Origin: Chiloscyllium plagiosum
Lineage: Eukaryota
DNA length: 50,934 nt
Assembly: GCF_004010195.1 (NCBI RefSeq)
Contig: NC_057753.1
Coordinates: 9,261,698 to 9,312,631 of the forward strand
Direction: 5' to 3'
Below are positions 14,985 to 28,642 of the stretch, piece after piece. The position numbers and the translations under genes were made by a program. Positions within the stretch are counted from its first letter, which is position 1. Every line of letters begins with the position of its first letter. The notes beneath the pieces are model-generated. The model made no database searches and was not told the DNA's origin. It saw only the letters and a list, made by a program, of their open reading frames with translations.

Positions 14985-16389
14985 GTTCGAGATTGTTATC
15001 CAGGCAGTCACAAGTGTCGTGACCAGCTTTGCAGTTGTGGAGGACCGAGCCTACAGTTCAGTTCAACTCGATGAAAAGCGAAGCATTCCCCACTTCCCCC
15101 CATCCCCACCCTCAAACAATCAGCCTAACATAGCTTTTGCTACTCGCAGCAAGAAAGTGAATCTTTCCCGTCTAGCACAGTGTAACCTTCTCACAAGCAC
15201 ATGACTGAAGCATGTTTAGGATGTATCTCTATTTGAATGTGTGATGCTTGGCCTATTGAAAGTGAGTTCTACTAAGTAATTTGGAGTTCATTCTTGAAGG
15301 CTCATTCAGTGCAGATGATCTTACCGGAGTGATTTACCCACTGATGGTGAAATTCAACTGCTCTAATCATCTAAATTCTCATTACTCCTTGTGTACTCTA
15401 CCAGCACTATGTAAACATGCCATATGTAAATGCAAATTCTTGTGACATGTACTTATTCTTCAGATACCATACAGTCCTTGTGAAGATTTCTCCCAAAGAT
15501 ATCAAACTATTTTTGAATCTAGTCTGTGCTTTTCTTGAAATGTGCCCAGGGGCACATACAAAGCGTTAGCTTATGAACTAGTGTTGGCCAAGCAATGGAG
15601 ATGCTCCCCTGCATCGCAGGTTCAAATCTCAGTTTGAACAACATAACTTAGCCAAATCACATGTTCTCCTGAGGAGCAGAGGGGTAGTGTGATGACAGAA
15701 TGAATGTGGTCCTGATCTTGCCAATTGAAGGAATTTAATTGAGATATGGAAAAGCAATAAAGGGCAACATAACATTGGAAAAACATAAAAGCGTTTACAT
15801 AAAGACTTGCTTCAAGTGTCTCGTACTTATTATCCTTGTGTGTGATTTTTTTTTGAGAGTGCGAGGAAATCTCCTGTGATGTTGGTCACAAGTGTTCCTG
15901 GACCTGAACTGTGCTCTTTAATTCTTACTAGTTCTAGTTCAGCATGAATGCAATAGCAGTTCGCGCATCGCTGTAATGCAGCAACTTTACTGCAGCAATA
16001 TATCATGACTGATGAGGTAAAAATATTGCACACCGTACTCATGCTGGCATGGTAATTTTTTTATCAGCCATTTTATAAAACTTACTCCACCTTAAAATAT
16101 TATTTTCCTGCAGCATGTACAGCAGAATTTATAGATTTTAATATAGAATAAGCAGTCACCCTCCCCACCCATCCCAACTTCCCCATCTACATGCCGTGTC
16201 CGTTGACAATATTATTACAGGCATGAGGTCAGCTTCTATATGTACATTGATGATAACCCAGCTCCATTTTCCCACCACGTCTCTCAATGTATCCACTGCC
16301 TCTTCCTGCATCTTGAATTGTTTTTGTTGAGCAACATGTTACTCTCAGTAAGCACTGAAAAATTGTAGCCATTCTCTTTGGTCTCGCCA

Positions 16390-17060
16390 GAAATTTTGTA
16401 GACATCAATCCAACCCCTCTGTTCAGTTACAGTCCCAGACTGCAACCTCTGCATCCTATTCAGTCCTACATTACTTGTTCATCTCTGGCCCTCCCAAGCT
16501 CATATGCTGCTGAAAGCCTTATTCACACTGTTGTCACCTCCAGGGTCAAATACTTCTAATATTTTCCTGGCTAGTTTTCTTATCATCTTAAATTTCAGCT
16601 TTTCTAAAACTCGTATTCTATCGTGTGCCAGTGCCACTCTACCATTATGCTTGCTTGCCCCACCCCCTCAACATTAGCTTCTGCCTCCCAATCTTTCCGA
16701 TTTAAAAGTCTTCTCTTTCTGTTTCGTTTTCTTCATGGCTTTCTCCAGACCAAATTTTATAACCTACTGCAATCCCAAAGCCCCAATGCATTTTCCATTT
16801 CTCTGGTTTTGGCCTCTTGTGCATTTCCCGTGCCCAACCTCCTTTGCCCCACTGTATGTAGACTTGTCTTTAACTACCTCGGTTCCATGTTTGAAAGTTT
16901 CTTCCCTAAATCCATTTGTCTCTCCATCTCTCCTGTTTTAAGACACTTCTTGAAACTAACTTGACCAAGATTTTGGTCTGCCCTTCTCTATAAAACCCTT
17001 TCTTTAACTTTTTCGTTTGATTGTTCTTCTGGCAAGCATATTGGGATTTCTTTTAATAGT
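16390..17060 (+). mobile_element. Old L2-like LINE 3' fragment
   Basis: AAESLIHTVVTSRV resembles the L2 ORF2 motif LIHAFVTSRLDY. Confidence 0.6.
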
Positions 17061-18188
17061 AACATGCAAGTTGTTTTTTATTTCCTCCTCAAACCTTTTG
17101 CTGCATTACCTCAGTTATTTGCCTGATAAACAAACAAGGCAGGCAAATATTTTATCATGCTTTTTTGGTTCTTGCTGAAGTTGGTGTGAATGGAATCCTG
17201 CAGCAGGTATATCTGTACATTCGCAAGTCTATAATGATCGGTGAATTAGGTAATGGTCATTTGCTGTAGTCTGGTTCTAGCTGACAGGTGCCACAATGTC
17301 CAAACTGTCTCAAACATTCCCCTTTCTTCAAGCTCTCGCACAAACATCAGGCCCTATTAAGGAGACAGGACGACATTGTCACTTTCTTTTTTTTATTTAA
17401 CAACCTGTTTAGTTTTAGTTTAGTTTAGCACTTAGTATTTTCTTCCTTCTAATCCAACGTCAGTTATGATTGGAAAATGTTGTCTTGTCTGATATGAAAT
17501 GGCTTGCCTTGATTGATGCTCTCTGGACGTTATAATTTCACAGGAAAAGAGTGAAAACCACAAATCCCACGATGCAGCTCTTATCACAGATGTACACTTG
17601 CATGTCACTGGTTTTTCCATCAATTTTTTCGGCGCCCTGCTTGGAGCACATTCTTGTCTGAAGTTCTGCAGGAGTTGGTGAAAAACCAACTCCTGTAATG
17701 CATCTCTCTTGCTCACAGAATCTCTGCGTCGTAAATGGCAGCCCCCAGCATCTGAGGTGCAATTTGTAATTCAGGCCCTAGGCAATAAAGCTGCCAAGAG
17801 GAACTTGCTGTGCACCCTTTCTGTCATTAAGTAATTAATTTAATAGGTAAGTTTAGTGAACTTTTATTCCCAAATTCCTTTTGGGGTTATTCCATAGATA
17901 TTATTGCTAGCTATATGAAGTGAAGAGTGAACAAGGTAGCTGAAAACAGTGTGAAAAGATGACTCTGGATTTATTTGATTGCTCTTGTGGCACATGCTAG
18001 TTCATTAAAAGTGACATTGGGAAAAAAAAATTGAGGAATTTGATTGCTCGGTTTTCTGCTGGTTACTTGTTCCTCATTGGAATTTTTTTTAACTCCGTTT
18101 GTTCATAGTTATTCAATTATATTTTTGGTAACTTTAACAGATAAGTGGTTATTTGAGCGAGTTGTGGGCTTTTTTTGTGCCGCTATGC

Positions 18189-18276
18189 ACATGTGATGCT
18201 TTGTAGGTGTGATGCTCTGAGGTGTGACACATTTAAAGTGTGACTCCTCGGAGGCCACACTTTCAGGTGTGACACT
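18189..18276. promoter_or_regulatory. Cluster of T-box-like half sites in an imperfect inverted repeat (candidate enhancer)
   Basis: AGGTGTGA at 18205, 18220 and 18265; AAGTGTGA at 18236; inverted CCACACTT at 18255. Confidence 0.45.
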
Positions 18277-19294
18277 ACGCACGCGCGCTAGATGCAAAAC
18301 TTTTAATTATATAAATTTGTGTGAGTTGATCTGTGTAATAGCTGCTGTGTATAAAACTAAACTGGGCAAAACTTTTTCAGCCAATCGGTTGGATTCCTTC
18401 AGCCACCTGGTCCAGAGCAGTACCAGATGCCTCAGTCTCCCTCTCCTTGTAACCCAGCGCAAATGCAGCAACAATATACAGGTTAGTGCAAATTTACTCT
18501 CGCACATGTTCAGATTAGCACATACCAACTTGGCAAAGCATCAGCAGCTTTCAGTTGCTCGCATTTTGACAGGGCATCTGTGAAAGGCATGTATGTGCTC
18601 CTAATTTCTCCGGTCCTATTTATACTAAGCATAATTGGCAGAAAAAAAAGCATGATTTACACAGTGGGAGGTTTTTCTGGTCTGATTTTGGCTGCAAAAG
18701 CAAAATTTGTGATTAATTGAAAGTCAGGAAGAAATGCATTTGCGATGAGTCAAAATGGTCGACTTTAGAATAATTTTCTGGCTGAAATGCCAATTCAGAG
18801 CAATCCATTAGTTTAGGAAATTAGTTTGGGCGGAAAGACCCAGTTATCAGGCTCAGGCTGTGGTTCTTAAGTTGCGTGATTTTTATAATGGAGTGTTTTA
18901 AGCTGTACTTTCTGTCATTACTACGCGAACAGTTCAAAGGATAATAAAAATCTGGTGACAACAAACAAACATGGGTATGTTTCAAACAAAACCTGAGCAA
19001 TAAACTAAGTAAACTGATAGTAGAAATCCTGTTGTGAAGTTCATTTGGGCCTCCATGTCTCTGGGCTGCTGGATTCTTCAGCTTCCCTCATACGCTTCCT
19101 CCCTCAGCATAACTATCAGACCTAAGCTACTGTTTGTGCAATTAAAGGGTGAAGAACTGCTTGTACAGCAGAATTTTGCTAATCCAGAGATAGTTGTGGC
19201 AAGAGAAATTATTTCTGAGTTGAGAGATCCAAAATGTTTGCATCCCTACTTCAAACAGTGCAGATAGATAGTTTTCTGCTAAGCTAGCTCCAGT

Positions 19295-19505
19295 GACAAA
19301 AAAAGAACTGTGGATGCTGGAAATCAGAAGTATAAATAGAAATTGCTGGAGAAACTCAGCAAGTATGTGTGGAGAGAGAGAGAGAGAGAAAAACAGTTAA
19401 GATTTCGGGTCCGATAAAGTCTTAAGAAAAGTCACAGGACCCGAAACATTAACTCAGGTCACAGTTGCCAGATCCGCTGAGTTTTTCCAGCAATTTCTGT
19501 CTTGG
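19295..19505. mobile_element. Palindromic Penelope-type element (family 3) with (GA)n
   Basis: Arms AGAAATTGCTGGAGAAACTCAGC / GCTGAGTTTTTCCAGCAATTTCT and TTTCGGGTCC / GGACCCGAAA. Confidence 0.75.
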
Positions 19506-21488
19506 CTCCAATGATGTAGAGGAATACTGCATTTATATTGAAATAATATACAAGCAAAGCAAAGCTTCTAAAAAGAGGTTTCTGAGGAAGTAAACCAAGA
19601 GTTTTACAGTGCTGTGGGTAGTTAATTGGGCTGCCAGAGAAAAAGACTGCATAAATCAAATGGCACACTTTTGGGTGGAACTAAGAGTCACTGAACAAAA
19701 TTGAGGGGCAAACTGTGTATATATTTATGGTTACCAGGAATGTTTCACAACTGACCCTAACTTAGAAGAAGTGAGTTTGACTCTATCTGAAGCAGTCCTG
19801 TGGTATTGTGTGGCATTCCTTACTTATCCAGATGGTTACAGCTTCAAAATATTAGGGTCTGCCTGTAGCATTAACCAGGCTTCTCACAGTAGGAGTGGGT
19901 GACTGAGAAAGGTGTTTCAGAGGCAGTTCTCGCCTCTCCCTCATGGCAATCATTCAGGTTGTGGAGAAGTTCACAAGATAGACTATGTACACCCTTTCTG
20001 CTAAATGCTACTCTGAAGTATGCAGTAGAACTTTGTTTGGCAATAAGGAGGGAAAGGGCGGAATTCTATTTTCATTGAATTGAGTTCCTTTGGATTTTTC
20101 CTGAAAAGGTGAATATCCCTGAATACAGTATAAAATATAACCTTAATAAATGCAGAAGTTGCAATCCAAGTAGCCTTTTAGCTGAAGTACTGCTGTAATT
20201 GGAACCTTCTCACTGGTAAACTGGAGCTTACTAATGTCTTGAAGTTCAGAGAAACCAAACTGATGTTGGGCAACAAGCAATAGAGTTAAAGTCATCTGTT
20301 GACATTCTTGAGATGAGTGCTGTCAAAGTAGTTTCTGGCATCTAGGTTGCAAGTCTCTGAGATACTATCATGTGAACGCATAAATCACTGGCATCAGCAC
20401 CTGCAACCGTTTAATTATCTGCTGAGGGATATGCACCATCAAGATGAGCAGAAACCCAAAAGATGAGCAGATATGCATGCCCTCCAGTACTCGTTATGGA
20501 TCAGCAGGGAAATATTTTGTAATTAAGGCTGGGATGATTGCAATCTTAAATTCACTTTAAGTTTTGACTGGATTTTACCTGAAGACAGCACCAAATTAAT
20601 ACTAGGACAGACTTTGTTGAATAAATAAGTGTGTGAATCACACATTGTTATTAATGCGCAAATCAGCCACATGTCGCGAGAAAGAGCTACGTCGTTGAAT
20701 TGCAAATCACCACAGGTTTTGCGGTACTGCAGTAATTCTTGAGTTTTTGACTAACCTGACCAATCTTATATTCCAGCGGTGAGGAGACTTAACATATTGC
20801 TTTCCAACAGGCTTTGAGTTGCTTATGCGCGGTATTTCATTTTGTGACCTTCTGCATCTTTACAACCGGTTCTTTTTGTTCTGTAACCAGACCCTTGAAC
20901 TTAATAGTCAAGAAAGCATCATGTTGAACAGTTCCAAATGTGCCTCGATATACCAGCACTATAAAAGGTGGTATTTTTTTCACTGAGCACAGAAAGCAGG
21001 CTTTAGTCTGTGTCGAGTCAATTCTCCGGTTTCAGGTTCAGTCTAATGTAATGTTCGACTTTTAAAAGAAATTATGATTATCTGCAAGATGACTTTTCAA
21101 ATTGGCCATTAAAATTAAAACAAATCTATATTTATGGAAGTCCAATATTGAAGTTTTTTACTTTTATTCCCATTACTTTCATTGGCCATTTATTGACTTG
21201 GACAGATAAAGATATGACTAGATTTCCAAAATGTTTGCAAATATAACTTGGTCATGGATGCTATTAAAATTAACTCACTACATTTGAATGACTCTGTGGC
21301 TGATCCTTTTGGATAATATTTTGCAACAGCAAGTATCTTCAGACCCTTCTTCAAGAGGTGAGTATGTTTTAAATTAAGGTTCTCAAACCGGTATTTGGTA
21401 GAAATTGGTTACGATCTATTACATTGAAGCTTCCTGTGCAACTTTTTCCATGAAGGTTGACTGAGCCTTTTTCTCCCCCCATTCTCAG

Positions 21489-21658
21489 GTGTGCCAGCAC
21501 CCAGTCATGGAGTTGTGGTCATGCAACTGAGTGTGCCTAATGGCCCTCAGCCTCCTCAACCTCCCTTGTTACCACAGTGGAACCAATGTAAATATTATAG
21601 TGTGGAGCAGCGAGGGCAGAAACCCACTGAACTTTACAGCCCTGACAACCCAACACAG
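21489..21658 (+). CDS. R3HDM2: R3H domain-containing protein 2, fifth-from-last coding exon
   Basis: AG/GT bounded, 170 nt: (G)VPAPSHGVVVMQLSVPNGPQPPQPPLLPQWNQCKYYSVEQRGQKPTELYSPDNPTQ, matching recalled R3HDM2. Confidence 0.93.
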
Positions 21659-22409
21659 GTACTCTGACCATCTTGAATTCTATACTTGATACAATCGTGT
21701 GATATGGTTCATGCTGCTACCTATCTGAGACATTTGCCTTATGTTTGTACTGATTGTACTAATAACAACATAATCTTGTGATAGTAAATTCTAAGCCTTG
21801 CACGGCAGCACTTGAATTGCTCGATCAGATACTCGTAAGTGCTCCACGTGTGTAATGATGGGTATATGCATTGACCAGAGGTCGTATGTGTTCATATTCT
21901 ACATGTCAGAGACTGGCCTGAAAATGGCCAGGCTAGCCTTTTCATTCTGGACTTCTGACTTCCTGAAAGAAAGCACTCTCAGCTGATTAAGATCCCAGAT
22001 TTGAGAAGATCGCTCCACTTCTAAATGGGATAGTGAGAACTCTACAGAAGAAAGAGGGTCAGGTTAGCAATGCTAGGTTACATAGAAAAGTATTTTAGTT
22101 TTCAGTTGATGTTTCAATAATGAAGTTAAAGAAGCCAAAATTATTTGGCTCTGGCTCTCCTGAATTACACTGATATTGCCGACAACTTAAAAGTTACGCT
22201 TTATGGTCTCAGTTAGGTCATTTATTTTGATTCAGTATTTCTTCCTTTTTAAATCAATAAATAAGAGTTATACTTTTACTGTAATAAGAAAGCAGAGATC
22301 TTTTTTGTGCCATTAACCACCTGCTAGTGCTGCTTCCCAGACTGGTGTTTTTGGAAGTCGCAATAATTTCGTTTAGCAGCAGAAGAGAAGGCTGAAAAAA
22401 AAATCTGAT

Positions 22410-22755
22410 CAAAGAATTTAAAATCATGAGCGACCTGGACAGAGTAAATAAGAAGAAAAATGTTCCCACCTGTGAAAGGATCAAGCAAAAGAGGGCATAG
22501 ATTTAAAGTAATGAGTAAAAGAAACAAAAACAATCTGAAGAAAAGCTACTTCAGGCAGTAAGGGCTTAAGATTGCACTTCCTTGAGAGTATGCTGGAGGG
22601 AGGTTCGGTTGAGGTATCCAAAAGGGAATTAGGTAGTGATTTGAAAAGGGAGAATGTGCAGGAGTATGGAGAGAAGATGGAAGAATGACACTAAGTGATT
22701 GGAGAGATGGTGCGGGTGTGATGTGCCAAATACTTGTTCCCCTGTGCTATAACAA
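22410..22755 (+). mobile_element. CR1 LINE 3' end (old)
   Basis: TTTAAAATCATGAG..CTGGACAGAGTAAAT..AGAGGGCATAGATTTAAAGTAA matches the CR1 ORF2 C-terminal pattern. Confidence 0.75.
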
Positions 22756-25700
22756 TTTTGTAATATTTGGTGATATGTTCAGTAAAGATACACTGTCTGT
22801 TGTGTGCACCATTATTGGGAGAGTATAATCACATTGTGATAAATTTTTAAGTACAAGGTTTCCAATGTAAATGGGATGTAGATATTTATTATAATATAAA
22901 ATTAAGGTCACATTATATGACTTTGAAAAGGAGACTAAATGATGTCAGTTTGCCCTGGTCCACGAGATCCTTCACTGGATTTTCACCCTTCAGTTTGACT
23001 TCCTGTATACAAAGCCATATAACTTTCATTTTAAAAATGAAGCAAATCAGTATTTCATTTTCTGATTGTCAAGTTTAGTCACTATTCCCCTTAGCAATCA
23101 GACCAATACAGCAGCAAACAGCTTTCCTGTCCTTTTTACTTGACAGCAACAATATCTACACTTTTACTCACGCTGTATACGACATATGCCATGGCCCTGA
23201 CATTAGTCATCTTTTGTCCTGTTAAAGAACACACTACCGTTGTGAAATTATGTTTTGCTTCATTTATCTTCTGGGCTACTGAAGTCTATTATTTTTAACT
23301 GGTCTTCTACAGTATAAGCCATAGCTCCAGTAAAATTTCTCAGATGGTATATTTGTGATGTTGTCTGGCTATAAGGGGAGATGAGGTACTTCTCCACCTG
23401 AAGGGAGAGAATGGCAGGTAAACTTTCCATACCGACTGTGGTGTACTCCTGTACACTTAGTTACTCAGAGGCAATCTAGTCACTCTCAGAGGTCACTCTC
23501 ATACTTCTTCAGCCAGTGGATGACACATTGAGAAGCTGAAGGGCAACACGCATTCTTTTAGCTTCAAATTGAATTAGCTTGGTTTACTTTAAGGTAAGAA
23601 GTAGGCATTTTAACTCCTCAAACCTGTTCTGCCATTCAGTGAGCTCATGGCTCACTTGCAGCCGAACCCGATGTCCCTACTTTCATTTCAGAACCCTTGA
23701 TACCTTTGGTCAACAAAAGAATTTTGAAACTAACATTAATACAAACAATTGATCAAAAATGTCAAAAACATTTTATGTAAGAGTTCCAAGCTTTCTGATT
23801 TCCTAAATACTCAGCATAAAGGAATGGAGCAAGAAAAACATCCCATTGTTTCTCTGTGTTCCATGTTATTTTGCTAGTAAATCTTTTGCACTATTGTTCA
23901 CAATGAGTTCATGTGACATTATGGTAGGGTTGGATATATGGGACAATATTGAAATTTTTTTTCAATTAATTCAATACATAAATATGTCTGTAAATTACAC
24001 TTCTGCAAACCCTCCCCCCATTCCAGTTTTTACTTTCACACATTTTTTTTCTCCTTTGAGAAATAGTGGGAAAGCTTTTGAAAAGATGAGCAGGCAGATG
24101 ATTACCTTGCTACAGCGACACATCAAATGTTCTTTCTGTGGCTAATGGCTAACTAGTCCCGGAACTCTCAGCTTCTGGTTTCAAGGCAAAGGGGTTACAA
24201 AGCTTCCACGTGTCTCAGCTGGTTGATAAATCAGCTTTTAGCAATACATTTAATTTGAAATAACATAAAACTGTGTGCAGGAATTTGAGCATTTAACTTC
24301 TCTTCCAAGTCACTGCTATTCAGTCCTTATGAGAATTGAGAACTGTAACAGTTCTGAAAGTATTTTTGGTAGTTACTAAAATGAAACCACCTTCATCTTT
24401 ATTGATGTTGCAAACCCTGTCAATGAGAATAGTTTTATCATGATGACAAAACCAGTAGATAAATGCATTAACTTGAAGGAGTACATTTTTGAAATTCCTC
24501 TCCTCTTGATGCTTTAAATGAAGTCATTATTTTCATGTTAAGTTGTTTTTCTGGGAGTATGGGAAGTTTGTTATCATTGATGCAGTATATTGCACCTTTG
24601 GAGTGAGCTCTATAGTTTATTCAGTGAAGCATCGTTCAGGAAGTGACAGCTTATGATACGTTAGGAATTGTGAAAACTGGGAGGCTATTGCACACCTTTT
24701 TTTTAAATTGAGTCTTCGCTGTATTACTGAGTAAATGGTGAAATAATATACCTCAGGTTAGTTAAAGTACATTGCTGCCTTTGTGAGATGTCATTCGTGC
24801 TGTCCCCTACAGCAGCATAAAGCCTTTTTTTTTAGTTTGGTTCGTGCCATGTTGCCCAATGAAGTCACCAATTCAGGTCACAGTGTTGGCACCCCACATT
24901 CAGTCAACCTGGCATTGCTAACTGGAGATTTACCAGTCATTCCAGCTTTTGTGCAACGATTCAATTTTCAACATTAAATCCTTGCACTTTTTTGCAGTGA
25001 GCAGTTAAGTTTAACATCTCTGATAGTATTTCCCGATGTGTGATATGCTTGCTATGCCAGTGACTCTGATCTGAAAGTGTTGTACAGTAGGAATCATAGA
25101 TACATAGATACAGGAGATACATGGAAGCCAATACTGAGGGGGAGACTTCATGTTGTGGTATGAGGAAATGGGACTGGTTCCACTGCCTGCAGCAACATAC
25201 TGCAGGCCCTTGTGCTGCTTCAGTGGATACACTCCCCAGAACCAGATGGGTGCCATATTTATAAAAGGCTATCATGACATTTACATAATTGTAGATATTT
25301 TTAATCAACATGTCCAGATGAGTTATCCCATAACTCTGGAGCAAGTGAACTCCGGTCTCCTGCCTCAAAGATATGGACATTACCACAGCAGCACAAGTGG
25401 AGGGACGCTGAGATAATTCAGTCACATTTTAAAGTTGGTCACTTTTTCATTTTCAATATATTATGATTTGATATTAAACTAGCAAAAATTAAGGAAATCT
25501 GAGGAACAGAATTAGAGTAGGTTGGAGTATAGGAAGTTATCTGGAATGATAAAGCTGGAAGATTTAAAACATATACAGTGCCACCTCTCTTAGGGTATGT
25601 CATTACAATGCGGGGAGTTTATTTAGGAAGTTTCCATTGTTAGTTTTGATACTGAGGTTTATAATGGAAAAACGTGACACAAAAGTGTGACAGTGGGATG

Positions 25701-25914
25701 TGCAGACAGACACAGAGGTCGCCCCTTTTACCCCACAAAGTTGAAAGTAATCTGGGTCAACGCTATGGAATTCTCTAGGTTGTTATTTGCCAGTATAGAC
25801 ATTTAACCAATAGTAAAGTTCCTGACGTATTTCCTGGTATTCTATCAATCTAGAGAAGTCAAGTAAACCTGCTTATTTGTCATTGCTATTAACAGTTGAC
25901 ATTTATTTCCTCAG

Positions 25915-26059
25915 GTCAATGCCCAACTAAACAGTCCTCTTAACTCTCCAACTCAGTCGCCAACACCATCTCCAGTGACAAATGTGACAAATGTCTGTCC
26001 TGCTCTAGCACCACTGCCACTTATTGCCCAGTTCTCCAGACCTGTGGGTCCAGCACAAG
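25915..26059 (+). CDS. R3HDM2: R3HDM2 coding exon
   Basis: AG/GT bounded, 145 nt: VNAQLNSPLNSPTQSPTPSPVTNVTNVCPALAPLPLIAQFSRPVGPAQ; phases fit both neighbours. Confidence 0.93.
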
Positions 26060-26476
26060 GTGAATACTTCTCCAGATAACATTTTTGAAATATTTTGATG
26101 TTTTTGTATTTAACAATTCTTATAATGCACAGACTGTTTATGTACATAATGTATTAATTACCTCACTTCATAGTGATAGAGTAAGTTGTAGGAATGGCAT
26201 TCATTTAAAGTTACTGCAGCTTGTTATAATTAACACAGTTACCTGTTCCTGTTTACTGTTATGGGTACTTTCTAATTATATTCAGTGCTGTAACTGGAAG
26301 GTGAGTAATGTCAACTGAACGTAGCGTCTCAAGCTTTTTAGATGTCTTAACAGACTGTAGCTTTGTATGTTTCTCTCCACTGAGGGATGGTATCCTACTT
26401 ACTGTGCTTTGGGCGCAAGTTGTAAACTTACGTTGTTGAGCATGCTTGCAAAGTCACCGTCTCTTTTCTTGAATAG

Positions 26477-26577
26477 GTGACACTCGTTATTCCTTACTTG
26501 GCCAGCCTTTGCAGTACAACCTTCCTGTATGCCCACCTCCAGTAATCCATGGACAATGCCAGTATTCAACTCATCAG
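26477..26577 (+). CDS. R3HDM2: R3HDM2 coding exon
   Basis: AG/GT bounded, 101 nt: (G)DTRYSLLGQPLQYNLPVCPPPVIHGQCQYSTHQ. Confidence 0.95.
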
Positions 26578-27140
26578 GTATGAAATGGAAAAGAATGAGG
26601 GGAATGCACTACTTCAGTCATTTAGGGTTGGTTTTGGTTTGAGTTTTGTACTGGAGGGGTACAGTGTCATCTATTAGACTCTGTGGACATCATCTGCTTA
26701 GCACCCAGACAACAATGTCATCTTGATATTGCAACTAGGAAGTGCCACACATGATAAGATCCAGGCTACATGCCAGTTTGTTTTACCTTGGTTAAAGTGT
26801 TACTGTTTCTCAATAGGTTCCTCTTGGCAAGGTTCAATAAGATATGCTATTGGATAAGTGTCTGCCCATTTCTCCTGTGCACTACTTGATGCTAAATATT
26901 TTCTAAATTATCTCTGTGAATGAGTTACCCAGAGTTACCCAGTAACCGGAGTTACCCAGTGGATGGGCATATTGATCATAGGAACATGCAGGACATCATT
27001 CAATTGGACGCTGTTGGAGGGAGTGAAAAGGAATATGGTACTGATAGGGGACAGTACAGTCTGGGGGTAGATACTTCTCATTGCAGCCGTGACTGGGAAT
27101 TCCCATGGTTGAGTTGCTTGCCCGGGGGTCAAAGTGAAGA

Positions 27141-27421
27141 ACATAGAATCCCTACAGTGTGGAAGCAGGCCATTTAGCCCATTGACTCTTACACCAACCC
27201 TCCAAAGAGCATCCCACCCAGACCTACCCTATCCCTGTAACACCAATTTCACCTAACTTGAACATCTTTGGATTATGGGAGGAAACCAGAGCACCCGGAG
27301 GAAACCCACACAGACACAGGGAGAATGTGCAAACTCCACACAGACAGTCACCTGAGGCAGGAATTGAACCCGGGTCCCTGGCGCTGTGAGGCAGCAGTGC
27401 TAACCACTGTGCCACCGTGCC
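27141..27421 (-). mobile_element. V-domain SINE (HE1-like) nested in CR1 ORF1
   Basis: Complete tRNA-like head and V core on the minus strand. Confidence 0.92.
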
Positions 27422-28558
27422 TCCCCATCTCTTCATGGCAACCAGGAGCAGGAGCGTCCAGTTAGTACAATCCATGTGGGAACCAACCACATAGGTGGAC
27501 CTGGGATAATGATCTGCTGAGACAATTTGAGGAGTTGGGTTTAAATTAAAGCATGGACTCTCTGGATTGTTACCTGAGCCACATGCATACAGGTTGGTAG
27601 GCTGTAACTAGTGGAACGCACAGGGATTAGACTTGTTCCCCACTGTCTGGCTATGAATCCGAACACTAATTGTTTCTCTACATATCTCAACATTGAAATT
27701 GTTGACTCCACTAATTTTCTCTGTCTTCAGTTTATTCCTGGAGCCTCAACATTTTACAATCTGTGTTAATGACTTAGGTGACGAAACCAAGCGTAATGTA
27801 TTTAAATTTGCCAGTGATACAAAGCTAGGTGGAAATATAAAGCTGCATGGAGCTATAGAAAGGGTAAGTGTCTGAGCAACAACATGACAGATGGAGTGTA
27901 ATGTGGGGAAGTGTGAGGTATTCACTTTGGTTTTAAGAATAAAAAGTAGGTTTATTTTTCAGTGGAGTAAGAAGTTTCTTAATGTTGATGTTCATACAAG
28001 GAACATCAAAAATTATATACCACAAACAAGAAAGAAAGCAGATGGTATGTTGAGCTTTATTGCAAGGGGACAGGAGAATAAGGGCAAATTAGTCTTGCTA
28101 CAGTTGTAGAAGGATTTGGTGAGACCACACTTGCAATTGTATGCACAGTTTTGGTCTCCATATTTAAGAAAGAAAATACTTGCTTTGGATACAGTACAGA
28201 GAAGATTCACTCAATTGGATGATTTCCTCTGATGAGAGGTTGAGTAAATTGGGTCATTATTCTCTAGAGTTCAGAAGAAATGAGAGGTGATCTCACTGAA
28301 ACATGCTAGATTCAGGAAGACCTTTTATACGGAAGATTCTAAGTGAATGTTTCATCTCGTGAGGGAATCTTGAAATAGGAAGCACAGTTTCAGAGTAAAG
28401 GGGTCTCCCGCTTATGATAGAGATAAGGAGCAATTTCTCCTTTGAGAAGGTTGTTTATCTGCAAACGCAGTGAAGGCTGATCAACATCAGCTATGTTGAA
28501 GGCAGCTTTTTGATCTGCAAGGGAGTCAAAGGTTATTCGGAAGGCAGGGAGGGATAAA

Positions 28559-28642
28559 GTTAAAAATCTCACAATACGAGGTTATAGTCCAACAGATTTA
28601 TTTGGAGGTACAAGCTTTTGGAGTGCTGCACCTTCATCAGGG
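28559..28642 (-). mobile_element. Penelope-type terminal-repeat fragment (family 2)
   Basis: GTTAAAAATCTCACAA..GGTTATAGTCCAACAG..CCTTCATCAGG; matches 44706. Confidence 0.8.

Noticed and set aside
14208..15074. Long ORFs spanning N runs (also 45513-46942)
   Set aside because: Artefacts of translating across gaps.
21330..21365. Donor-like AG/GTGAGT upstream of the first R3HDM2 exon seen
   Set aside because: No convincing acceptor or R3HDM2-like peptide upstream; needs RNA-seq.
27355..27421. tRNA gene
   Set aside because: tRNA-derived SINE head continuing into the V domain; same for 6890, 11480 and 36042.
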